64,000 nt of DNA from Patescibacteria group bacterium (GTDB taxonomy: Bacteria > Patescibacteriota > Patescibacteriia > JACRDY01), in the NCBI GenBank assembly GCA_041650515.1, contig JBAZLA010000001.1, positions 146,710 through 210,709 on the forward strand. The letters run 5' to 3'. The first letter of the stretch is position 1; every line of letters begins with the position of its first letter. Positions 45,194 through 54,064 of the stretch are shown here, one piece after another. The notes beneath the pieces were generated by a model. The model saw only the letters and a list, made by a program, of their open reading frames with translations. It ran no database searches and was not told where the DNA came from. The position numbers and the translations under genes are program-made.

Positions 45194-47527
45194 ATGTCCG
45201 AAATCAAAGAATTTTCTTTGGAAATCGCCGGCAAAGAATTAAAAGTTCAAGTCGGTAAACTAGCCATGCATACCAACGCTAGCTGCACCGTCCAATACGG
45301 CGATACGGTAGTTTTAGCAACTGCCGTCATGTCTCCCACCGCACGGGAAGATATTGATTACTTCCCGTTGATGGTCGATTATGAAGAAAAAATGTATGCC
45401 GCTGGCAAAATCAAAGGTAGCCGGTTTATCAAACGTGAAGGCCGACCAACTGACGAAGCTATTCTTAGCGGCCGAATGATCGATCGTGGCCTGCGACCAC
45501 TCTTTCCTGAGGAGCTAAGAAACGACGTTCAGACTGTTCTGACCGTGCTCTCGAGCGATGGTGAAAACGATCCTGATACCATCGCCATTACCGCTGCCTC
45601 GATTGCTCTGCATATCTCTAACATTCCTTGGAACGGCCCACTAGTCGGTATCCGCGTTGGTCAGATCGAGGGCGAGTGGGTTTTAAATCCCAGCTATGCC
45701 GCTCGAGAAAAATCTACTTGCGACATCGCTTTTTCGGTGACCGCCGATAAGGTAATGATGTTTGAAGCCACCGGTCAAGAAATCGCCGAAGAAACCTTTT
45801 TCGAAGCGGTCCAGTTTGGCCTCAAACATGGTAAAAAAGTGATTAAATTTATCGAAGAAATCCGCCAAGCCGTTGGCAAAGAAAAAGTCCCGCTAACCCA
45901 AATCAAAGAGGAAGCGGCAGTGGCAGAATTCCCTGGCGAAGACACTCCGGCCGAAGCGATCGAAGCGGAGAAAATCTACGAACAAGCCAAAGCGGAAACT
46001 GAACAATTTATTCTCCAAAATTTGGATCAATACTTGTTTGATAAACCCAAGGGCACCAAACGAGAACGCAAAGAAATTTTGGCCGAACTTAAGGCCAAAG
46101 TCGAAGCTTTCTTATTGGAAAAACAAGTTGGCAAAGACAAACGCAAAAAAATCCTCAAAGATTTTGACCTCTTCGTGGAAGCGCAGATCTCCAAGGCGAT
46201 CTTGGCCGCCGACCGGCGCGTCGATGGCCGCAAATTAGATGAGATCAGACCACTAGGCTGTGAGATCGGCCTCTTGCCGCGCACTCACGGCTCCGCCCTG
46301 TTTAATCGCGGTGAGACACAGATTCTCTCCACTGTCACTTTGGGCTCACCCGGCGATGAACAGTTGCTCGACTCAATGGAAGAAAGCGGCAAAAAACGCT
46401 ATATGCATCATTATAACGATGCGCCCTTTAGCTACGGCGAAGCCGGCCCCTTGCGTGGTCCAGGCCGTCGAGCGATTGGCCACGGCGCTTTAGCCGAAAA
46501 AGCTTTATTGCCAGTTCTACCAACTAAAGAAGATTTTCCTTATACTATCCGCGTTGTCTCCGAAGTGATGAGCTCTAACGGCTCATCCTCAATGGGTTCA
46601 ACCTGTGGCTCGTCATTGGCCCTAATGGATGCCGGCGTACCAATCAAAAAACATGTCGCCGGTATTGCGATGGGTCTAGCGACTGATAGCCAAAACAATT
46701 ACAAAGTTATTACCGACCTCCAGGATTTAGAAGATGGTCCTGGTGGTATGGACTTTAAGGTAGCCGGTACCCGTGATGGTATCACGGCTGTCCAGATGGA
46801 CACCAAAACCAATGGACTAACTTTAGAGATGATTGAAAAAGCCTTAGCCCAAGCCAAAAAGGCTCGGCTCCAGATTATCGACCTGATGGAAAAAACCATA
46901 CCAACACCACGACCCGACCTTTCGCCTTATGCGCCGCGAATTGTCTCCTTCCATATCGAACCAGATAAAATTCGCGAGGTGATCGGCCCCGGCGGTAAAG
47001 TGATTAACGAAATAATCGCCGCCACCGGCGTTGATATTGATATCGAAGATGACGGCCTAGTAATGATTACCGGCACCGACCCAGAAAAAACTCAGCAAGC
47101 TGTTGATTGGGTCAAAAATATTGTTCGCGAAGTCCAGGCCGGCGAAATATTTGAAGGCAAAGTCACCCGGCTGATGGACTTTGGTGCTTTTGTTGAAGTG
47201 TTGCCTGGCCAAGAAGGCTTGGTTCACATTTCCGAATTAGCCCAAACCAGAACCGAAAAAGTGACCGACGTCGTTAATATCGGCGATAAGGTTAAAGTAA
47301 TTGTTAAAGAAATTGACGACCAGGGCCGAATCAATCTCTCAATCAAACGACTCGATCCTAATTATAAGGATCAACCTCGGTCGAGCTATGGTGACCGTGG
47401 CGGTAACGATCGCGGCGGCCGCAGCGGCTACCGTGGTAATAACCGCAGTAACAGCCATAGCCACTACCAAAATGATAAACCCAGTCCAACCACTCCAGAC
47501 AAGAAAAAGCACTTCTGGGAAAAATAA
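45194..47527 (+). CDS. pnp: Polynucleotide phosphorylase (with RGG-rich C-terminal tail)
   Basis: 777 aa with two RNase PH domains, a KH domain (IGPGGKVINEI) and an S1 domain. It is downstream of rpsO. Confidence 0.9.
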   Translation: MSEIKEFSLEIAGKELKVQVGKLAMHTNASCTVQYGDTVVLATAVMSPTAREDIDYFPLMVDYEEKMYAAGKIKGSRFIKREGRPTDEAILSGRMIDRGLRPLFPEELRNDVQTVLTVLSSDGENDPDTIAITAASIALHISNIPWNGPLVGIRVGQIEGEWVLNPSYAAREKSTCDIAFSVTADKVMMFEATGQEIAEETFFEAVQFGLKHGKKVIKFIEEIRQAVGKEKVPLTQIKEEAAVAEFPGEDTPAEAIEAEKIYEQAKAETEQFILQNLDQYLFDKPKGTKRERKEILAELKAKVEAFLLEKQVGKDKRKKILKDFDLFVEAQISKAILAADRRVDGRKLDEIRPLGCEIGLLPRTHGSALFNRGETQILSTVTLGSPGDEQLLDSMEESGKKRYMHHYNDAPFSYGEAGPLRGPGRRAIGHGALAEKALLPVLPTKEDFPYTIRVVSEVMSSNGSSSMGSTCGSSLALMDAGVPIKKHVAGIAMGLATDSQNNYKVITDLQDLEDGPGGMDFKVAGTRDGITAVQMDTKTNGLTLEMIEKALAQAKKARLQIIDLMEKTIPTPRPDLSPYAPRIVSFHIEPDKIREVIGPGGKVINEIIAATGVDIDIEDDGLVMITGTDPEKTQQAVDWVKNIVREVQAGEIFEGKVTRLMDFGAFVEVLPGQEGLVHISELAQTRTEKVTDVVNIGDKVKVIVKEIDDQGRINLSIKRLDPNYKDQPRSSYGDRGGNDRGGRSGYRGNNRSNSHSHYQNDKPSPTTPDKKKHFWEK

Positions 47528-47580
47528 TACTAGTACTCAGTACCCAGTCCATAGTAATCTAGTTTCCCACTTCAATCATA

Positions 47581-47615
47581 ACACCCCGGTTATTTCAAAA
47601 ACTGGGGTGTTTGTT
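47581..47615 (+). terminator. Rho-independent terminator of pnp
   Basis: The stem acaccccggttatttcaaaaactggggtgt is followed by ttgtt. Confidence 0.55.
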
Positions 47616-47702
47616 ATCTGTGTACTATGTACTAGGTACTAGGTACTAACATTATAAAAAAAGCCACCCGTAGGTGACTAGCTGCTGTAGGCAAGACTTT
47701 AC

Positions 47703-48113
47703 TCACGCCGCGGGCAGCTTGATCTCGGCTCGGACGATCATCTCCAGGATTTGCCGGCCGATCGCCTGGTCGCCCTCGATGACCACCCTCTGGGCAGCCA
47801 ACGACATCGCAACCTGCCTGGTCGCCACTTCCGCCTCGCGCAACGGCTGCTCACGGCAGAAGCTGAGGAAGGTGGCCACATCCAGCTTAATCATCGCCCA
47901 AGTGGCTTCTCCATCGGTTACCGCCGTGGGCACAACGGCCTGCAACACTCGGGGCATCGACCCGGTCAGGTCAATCTCCCACTGACGATCAGGCCAAAAC
48001 CGCATGGTAATGTAGCTCTGGGGCAACCCGTGATCACCCTGCTGAAGCAATTGCTTCAATTGTTCAAAAGCCATCCCAATCGCCGCATCAGCCCGATCTT
48101 TAGCATGTGACAT
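47703..48113 (-). CDS. SCP2-like lipid-binding domain protein, GC-rich
   Basis: Start is at MSHAKDRAD after the ribosome-binding site ggagga. The C-terminus reads VVIEGDQAIGRQILEMI, an SCP2-type signature. The terminator gccacccgtaggtgac plus T7 lies downstream on the minus strand. Confidence 0.45.
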   Translation of the reverse strand: MSHAKDRADAAIGMAFEQLKQLLQQGDHGLPQSYITMRFWPDRQWEIDLTGSMPRVLQAVVPTAVTDGEATWAMIKLDVATFLSFCREQPLREAEVATRQVAMSLAAQRVVIEGDQAIGRQILEMIVRAEIKLPAA

Positions 48114-48248
48114 TGGTCCTCCTGGTGGTACTACCCTAATGACATACAAAACAACTTTATCCTGCACAGTAACAAACCAACCTAACGAAGTCAAGATAAA
48201 AAAATAAAAAAATCCCCGAAGGGATTGTGCTGCCGGCGATGAGTAAAA

Positions 48249-48626
48249 TCAACCCAACGGCAGAAGCTGAGCCTGGCTCAGCCATTCCAACAGCTGCCGG
48301 CCGGCCTTCTGATTACCCCGAATCTCAATCCAACCGGTTGCGAGCGCCGCCTCAATTTCTCTCGCACTGAGGTGTCCGCGAACCAAGTTGAGAAAACCCC
48401 CAGATGTCATATTGATCACAGTGACATCCGGTGATATCGGGGGAATGGCAAAACGCTGACTTACCGGGATCGCGACACCAGATGTATCGACGTCCCACCA
48501 CAGGGTAACCGAACCAGCCAGCAGATGAAACTCAAACCTTTTTCGAGGCAAAGTAACATTGCCCACTTGTAGCAACTTTCCCAGTGCCCCGAAAACACCA
48601 TTCACCAAGTCACGAAGCTCGGGCAT
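48249..48626 (-). CDS. SCP2-like lipid-binding domain protein (paralog of preceding), GC-rich
   Basis: 125 aa. The C-terminus reads WIEIRGNQKAGRQLLEWLSQ. Confidence 0.45.
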   Translation of the reverse strand: MPELRDLVNGVFGALGKLLQVGNVTLPRKRFEFHLLAGSVTLWWDVDTSGVAIPVSQRFAIPPISPDVTVINMTSGGFLNLVRGHLSAREIEAALATGWIEIRGNQKAGRQLLEWLSQAQLLPLG

Positions 48627-48751
48627 AATAACCTCCTTGTTTTTTGTATCCGAAACTAGTCTATCACTTTACTAGAATATTTAATTACAGTCAATAAAAT
48701 AAAAAAGTAACACTTACCCTATCAAATCACCCATATGCTATAATTAAACCA

Positions 48752-50158
48752 ATGAAAATAAATCTTAATTGGTCTAAATTGTTCCCGCCTGATCTTAGCC
48801 GAACCAAGCTCGGAATTTTTCTAATTCTTCTGATACTAGCTTTAGTTCTCGGTGGGGTTTTATATTGGCAGCACCAAATTAACCAGCAGGATAACTTAAT
48901 CAAACTCGTACCAGCCAACGCCAATCTTTACCTTCACTTTAATTACCAACCAAACCAGCTAACTGCCACCACCCAACTACTCTTTAATAATCTTTTTACT
49001 GACTTAGATGATCACTTTTTAGCCAATTCCCCGGCTAAGCTTTCCGCTAATTTACAAAGCTACTTAAACCGCGAGCTTGGACTAATTGCCACCCCAACTG
49101 GCCACTACCTGCTGATTGCAAAAATAAAAAATGGCCGAGAGCTAAAAGCCCAATATCCAGAATTAACTATTTTTAAAAACCATTATTTAATATTGGGCCA
49201 AGACTCGGCTAATAGTCTAGCCAGCGACCAAAACCAAAGCCTCGGTCAAGCTCAGCCTTGGCCAGAAAAATATTCCGCTGGCTTACTTCAAGCTTACTTT
49301 ACCACCCAATTTATAACCGGTTCTCTAACCGACCAACCAGCCAAAGACCTGCTCAGATACTATTTCGAACAAAACCAACAACAATATTTCCAATTAGCGC
49401 TAGATAACAACCTTAACCTGGAATTAGCAGCCAATGCCAACCTGGGTGAGCTCTCACCACTGTTTTTGACCAACCTCAACCAGAATACTATTTTAAGTCT
49501 AGCTCTACCCAGCCTTAGCACCTCAGTTAGTCAACTGGGTAGCTGGCTACAAAATTTTAACCCCAATTTGGCATCAACGTTGCTCCAAACCGGCCAAAGC
49601 TATCTCCAAGATTACAGAATTGATCTACCATCCTTATTCTCTTTAGCTAATCATCCAGCCCAGATAGTGGTTTTGCCAGATCAAAAGTATATTCTGATTC
49701 TAGAACAGACCACCCTGGATGAGCTGGAGATTCTAGATAACTTACTTAAGCAAGCGACTGCCCGCCGTTTTCCGCTAAGAATAGCCAAAAAACTACCAGA
49801 CGGGACGCCAATCACCGAGCTGGTAGCTGACCCAGCTAAATTTCAACTAATCGCCGAAGACGTAGCTGGCCAAACTATTAAGATAATTAAAGACGGTTCT
49901 GAGATCTGGGAATTGGCCTATTTTAGCAATAACAATCGTTTAATCATCAGCAACTCACTAACCGACCTAAGAGCTCTAGCTAGTCAACAAGCCACTATTA
50001 ACCTTAAAACGCTTTGCCCGCGCCTACCAGCTCATCAATTATTCCTCCAACCAGCTTACTGGTTGCAAAACCAACCAATTTTGTCTAAATATAGCCAAAT
50101 TTTACCTAATTTAACGTTAAATATTCAGGGTCAGATGCTACTCGGCTGCTTCTTCTAA
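48752..50158 (+). CDS. Hypothetical membrane-anchored protein (N-terminal TM, Q/N/L-rich)
   Basis: A 468-aa ORF. Confidence 0.4.
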   Translation: MKINLNWSKLFPPDLSRTKLGIFLILLILALVLGGVLYWQHQINQQDNLIKLVPANANLYLHFNYQPNQLTATTQLLFNNLFTDLDDHFLANSPAKLSANLQSYLNRELGLIATPTGHYLLIAKIKNGRELKAQYPELTIFKNHYLILGQDSANSLASDQNQSLGQAQPWPEKYSAGLLQAYFTTQFITGSLTDQPAKDLLRYYFEQNQQQYFQLALDNNLNLELAANANLGELSPLFLTNLNQNTILSLALPSLSTSVSQLGSWLQNFNPNLASTLLQTGQSYLQDYRIDLPSLFSLANHPAQIVVLPDQKYILILEQTTLDELEILDNLLKQATARRFPLRIAKKLPDGTPITELVADPAKFQLIAEDVAGQTIKIIKDGSEIWELAYFSNNNRLIISNSLTDLRALASQQATINLKTLCPRLPAHQLFLQPAYWLQNQPILSKYSQILPNLTLNIQGQMLLGCFF

Positions 50159-50283
50159 CTAACAGCTGTGGACAAGTTGTTAACTTTCTGATTTTAAATT
50201 GTTATTTTTCTTTGTTAATAAAAAAGTAATCCACAGTTTTTTTAGCTAAATTTAAACAAAAAATATTAAATGTTGACATAGTT

Positions 50284-50312
50284 GATAGGGTGTCAAATTT
50301 ATGATATACTAA
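50284..50312 (+). promoter_or_regulatory. Sigma70-like promoter (TTGATA-17-TATACT)
   Basis: The sequence is ttgatagggtgtcaaatttatgatatact. Confidence 0.4.
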
Positions 50313-50319
50313 TAGTAGA

Positions 50320-50740
50320 TAACTTTTGTTCTTTCTAATCTTTTAGGGAAATGAACCGAATTGAGTTTGTTATTGGATGATTCGACAACAAATCAATCCT
50401 GAGTCCGCCTATGGCAGACGAAGGATCTAGTTGGGTTTATTTCTCTCTCACCCACTCGGTCTTTTTGGAGGCCGCAACCCTCCGCTAAAACAAAAAACAA
50501 AAACGGGCTACACCCTAAACCAGTCACTAGCCCAGACCAGGTGAGTGAGCGACGCGTAACTCAGTTGCAAGTAACGCCCAACGACCTAGAGGTTAAGTTC
50601 TATCCTAGCCCTATAAAAAAGGGCTTAGATAGCGGACCTGTGGGTCCTGTGGGGCGTCTAAAGTGCCTACTATTTATAAAATATCTCATCCAGAGTGGTG
50701 AGGGGGCGCTTCGGCGCCCCCTCTTTTTTTACTTTAAATT
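50320..50740 (+). ncRNA. Candidate ncRNA (~420 nt) bounded by promoter and strong terminator; class unknown
   Basis: No convincing ORF. The listed 81-aa ORF reads through the terminator. A strong terminator, gagggggcgcttcggcgccccctc plus T7, lies at 50700-50737. Internal hairpins are present, including atcctgagtccgcc...ggcagacgaaggat. Confidence 0.3.
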
Positions 50741-50924
50741 AGTACATAGTACTCAGCACCCAGTACACAGAAAAATATTAATCTAATAGCCTAACTAGTT
50801 AATTTACTTCCTAAAGTACTGGGTACTAGGTACTGGGTACTAGTTAATAATTGACAAAACCAATAAATTTGAGATAATGGGACAAACATTATCGAGGAGG
50901 GCTTTTTATTTAGGAATAATTGCT

Positions 50925-51284
50925 ATGGATAAGAAAACATTAGAAACAATCAAACAAGATCTGCTTAATCGCCGCAATCAAATTGCCAAAGAACTAAAAG
51001 AAACTACCGGCGGTGATAATAAAGCTATCGATGCCAACTTCCCTCAGTTTGGTGATAAAGAGGATGAAAACGCCAGCGAAGTGGCCGCTTATAGCGACAA
51101 CCTTTCGATTGAATTTACTCTACAAAAAACCCTAGAAGATATTGATAAAACCCTAGAAAGCATCGACAAGGGCACTTATGGTGTCTGCCGCTATTGCAAA
51201 CAACCCATTGATGAGAAGCGTCTCTTAGCCCGACCCACGTCGTCAGCTTGTGTCGGCTGCAAGAATCGCCTAAGCAAAAGTTAA
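50925..51284 (+). CDS. DksA/TraR-family C4 zinc-finger protein
   Basis: The C-terminus carries the finger CRYCKQPI...CVGCK. Start is at the internal MDKKTLE. Confidence 0.7.
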   Translation: MDKKTLETIKQDLLNRRNQIAKELKETTGGDNKAIDANFPQFGDKEDENASEVAAYSDNLSIEFTLQKTLEDIDKTLESIDKGTYGVCRYCKQPIDEKRLLARPTSSACVGCKNRLSKS

Positions 51285-51285
51285 G

Positions 51286-51735
51286 ATGAACTCTAAGACC
51301 AAATTTTCGCTCTGGGGCTCGACCGCTGGCGGGATATTCATTGCTGACCAACTAATCAAAAACTTTTTATTAAATCACCCCGATTATCAAGGTGATTTTT
51401 GGTTTTTTAAAATCCACTTTTGGCAAAATTCTGGCATTGCTTTCGGCCTACCACTAGCTAACAACTTGGTTATCGTTATCTCCCTTTTGATAATTCTGAC
51501 TCTAACTCTCTGTTGTTTAAGAGAACTTAGAAATAATAATTTTGTGTTAAGTAGCTATATTACCCTAATCAATTATGGCGCTTTCTCCAACTTTATCGAT
51601 CGAATAATTCATAAAGGAGTAATTGATTATATCGACGCCAGTATTGTTCCTTGGCCGGTATTCAATCTGGCGGATATACTGATTGTGGTGGGGGTTTTGG
51701 GGTGGCTAATTTATTTATTAAGAAACAAAAAGTAA
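51286..51735 (+). CDS. lspA: Lipoprotein signal peptidase II
   Basis: 149 aa with the NSGIAFG and FNLADI motifs. Confidence 0.85.
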   Translation: MNSKTKFSLWGSTAGGIFIADQLIKNFLLNHPDYQGDFWFFKIHFWQNSGIAFGLPLANNLVIVISLLIILTLTLCCLRELRNNNFVLSSYITLINYGAFSNFIDRIIHKGVIDYIDASIVPWPVFNLADILIVVGVLGWLIYLLRNKK

Positions 51736-51868
51736 TTTCTATAATCCTGTTTCCCCTCCCCAAGAGGGGATTTTTAGTTTGGGTTAATTTTTATTTTAAG
51801 TGGAGTTAATCTATATCCACATAATATAAGATATAGACAAATCCACCGCCGCTAAACTAATAGAACCG

Positions 51869-52049
51869 GTTGGGGTCTGGGGCGGATGCGGCGCCGAGTC
51901 CCGCCCCGGCCTCTTTGGTCTTTCCTTAGGGGCGGGACGGGTAGAACGAACTAAAGTTCAACAATGAATCGCGCCTCATTATGTCTCTTGGCGCCAAGAG
52001 ACATAATCCCCAGGACTTTTTTGCTACTTTTTTAGTCATAAAAAAGTAG
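51869..52049 (+). repeat. Structured intergenic repeat family, copy 5 (divergent; hairpin GTCCCGCCCC/GGGGCGGGAC)
   Basis: It reads GGTTGGGGTCTGGGGCGGATGCGGCGCCGAG...GGGCGGGACGGGTAGAACG...AACAATGAATCGCGCC...GACTTTTTTGCTACTTTTTTAGTCATAAAAAAGTAG. Confidence 0.7.
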
Positions 52050-52107
52050 AAAGAGTCCGTGACATAAACCACTCGATCCTTCGACTCGCCCTACGGGCTC
52101 GCTCAGG

Positions 52108-53643
52108 ATGACAATCAAAAAAACTATGATAACTACCATCAAAACCTGCGCGGTAATCGGCCTAAACTGCGAACCAGTGGAAGTGGAAGTCGATCTCAAT
52201 CGAGGCCAATCGTTTTTTGGGATCATCGGCCTGCCGGATAAATCAATCCAGGAAGCGACTGACCGCCTGCGTTCGGCGCTAAAAAACTCGGGTATTCCTT
52301 TCCCATCAAACAAAAGATTGATTATTAACTTGGCGCCGGCTGATGTGCGCAAAGAAGGCCCGGCCTACGATCTGCCAATGGCTGTGGGGATTATCCTGAG
52401 CGTCTTAGAATTAAAACCCGATTTAACTAACCATTTATTCATCGGCGAACTGGCACTGGAGGGTAATCTCCGGCCAACCCATGGTATTTTACCAATTGCT
52501 ATTTATGCCAAGGAACGAGGGATAAAAACACTTTGTCTACCCAAAGCTAATATAGCTGAAGCTAGCCTAATTCCCGGTCTGGAGCTTATCCCGCTTGATA
52601 ACTTGAATCAACTAATTGCCCACCTGCGCAATGAAAAAAATATCAAGCCGATCCAATCACCTGGCCTAGTTACTACCGACACGATCAACAACCTAACTTT
52701 AGATTTATCCTTAGTTAAAGGTCAACAACAAGCAAAGCGCGCGCTAGAAATCGCTGCCGCTGGCGGCCACAATATCCTGATGACTGGACCACCAGGCGCC
52801 GGTAAAACATTATTAGCTAAAACTCTGCCCTCGATCCTGCCACCGCTAACTACTGAGGAGATTCTCGAGGTGACCAAAATTTACAGTGTCGCTGGATTAT
52901 TACCAACTGACCAACCAATCATTACCGAGCGACCGTTCCGTTCACCACATCATTCCAGTTCTGGCGCGGCTTTAGTTGGCGGTGGCAAAAATCCCCGACC
53001 TGGCGAAATCTCACTGGCTCACCGCGGAATTTTGTTTCTGGACGAGTTCCCTGAATTTAACCGCCAAGTTATTGAAAACCTCCGCCAACCACTCGAGGAT
53101 GGCGTGGTGACTATTTGCCGCGCCGCCGGTAGCTTGGCTTTTCCGGCACGATTTACTCTAGTCGCCTCACAGAATCCTTGCCCCTGCGGTTTTGCGACTG
53201 ATCCGCACAAACCTTGCATTTGTACTCCCAGCCAAATTAACAACTATCGCCGTAAAATCTCCGGCCCAATCCTTGATCGGATTGACCTTCATCTAGAAGT
53301 ACCGCGCCTAGAGTTTGATAAATTAACCAGTGACAACCCCACGGACGAATCAAGCACTATCCGGTCCGCGGTGAGCCAAGCCCGACAAATCCAACACCGA
53401 CGCTTTGCTGGTTCAAAGATCATCACTAATGCCGAGATGGGCCCTAAAGAAATCAAAAAATTTTGTCAGGTCGATAATGCCGGTTTTGATCTTATCAAAA
53501 ACGCCGTTAACCAACTCCACCTCTCGGCCCGCGCCTATCATCGAATATTAAAAGTTGCCAGAACGATTGCCGATCTAGCAACTGAAGAAAAAATCAAAGT
53601 CGAATATCTAGCCGAAGCGCTACAATACAGAATTAAAAGTTAA
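52108..53643 (+). CDS. comM: YifB/ComM-family Mg-chelatase-like AAA+ ATPase
   Basis: 511 aa with Walker A ILMTGPPGAGKTLLAK, Walker B LFLDEF, a zinc-finger CPCG...C.C and a C-terminal helical domain. Confidence 0.85.
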   Translation: MTIKKTMITTIKTCAVIGLNCEPVEVEVDLNRGQSFFGIIGLPDKSIQEATDRLRSALKNSGIPFPSNKRLIINLAPADVRKEGPAYDLPMAVGIILSVLELKPDLTNHLFIGELALEGNLRPTHGILPIAIYAKERGIKTLCLPKANIAEASLIPGLELIPLDNLNQLIAHLRNEKNIKPIQSPGLVTTDTINNLTLDLSLVKGQQQAKRALEIAAAGGHNILMTGPPGAGKTLLAKTLPSILPPLTTEEILEVTKIYSVAGLLPTDQPIITERPFRSPHHSSSGAALVGGGKNPRPGEISLAHRGILFLDEFPEFNRQVIENLRQPLEDGVVTICRAAGSLAFPARFTLVASQNPCPCGFATDPHKPCICTPSQINNYRRKISGPILDRIDLHLEVPRLEFDKLTSDNPTDESSTIRSAVSQARQIQHRRFAGSKIITNAEMGPKEIKKFCQVDNAGFDLIKNAVNQLHLSARAYHRILKVARTIADLATEEKIKVEYLAEALQYRIKS

Positions 53644-53680
53644 TTACAAATTACGAATTACAAATTATCAATTTAAGACT

Positions 53681-54043
53681 ATGAAGGAAAATATTATCCA
53701 ACAAAAAAGCTACGTCTTTGCCTTGAGGATTATTAAATTATATGGATTCTTAGTTGAAAAACAGAGAGAGTTTGTTCTATCAAAACAAATTTTAAGATGC
53801 GGCACGTCGGTTGAAGCTAATATTGAGGAAGCAATTGGCGGTCAATCTAAAAAAGATTTCATTTTTAAAGTATCTATTGCTTATAAAGAAGCCAGGGAAA
53901 CTCATTATTGGATCAGACTTTTATATGATTCCGGTTTTTTGATTAAAAAACAATTCGGGTCGTTAATAGCAGACTGCGAAGTGTTAACTAAAATCACTGG
54001 TCGAATCCAAAAAACGTCTAAAGCTAAAGATTTTAATTCTTAA
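53681..54043 (+). CDS. Four-helix-bundle protein ('23S rRNA intervening-sequence protein' family, PF05635-like)
   Basis: 120 aa. The pattern SYVFALRIIKLY...LRCGTSVEANIEEA...SKKDFIFKVSIAYKEARETHYWIRLL is typical of the family. It is flanked by inverted CGAATTAC-type repeats. Confidence 0.7.
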   Translation: MKENIIQQKSYVFALRIIKLYGFLVEKQREFVLSKQILRCGTSVEANIEEAIGGQSKKDFIFKVSIAYKEARETHYWIRLLYDSGFLIKKQFGSLIADCEVLTKITGRIQKTSKAKDFNS

Positions 54044-54064
54044 TTCGTAATCTGCAATTCGTAA

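Noticed and set aside
50320-50740. tmRNA call based on the GGATGATTCGACAAC similarity to the tmRNA GGAUUCGAC element
   Set aside because: There is no acceptor-stem GGGG upstream and no T-arm or CCA at the 3' end. Translation of the candidate tag region gives no hydrophobic ...AA* terminus.
50541-50786. 81-aa ORF
   Set aside because: It reads through a strong intrinsic terminator hairpin at 50700-50737 and has no ribosome-binding site. The region is better explained as non-coding RNA.
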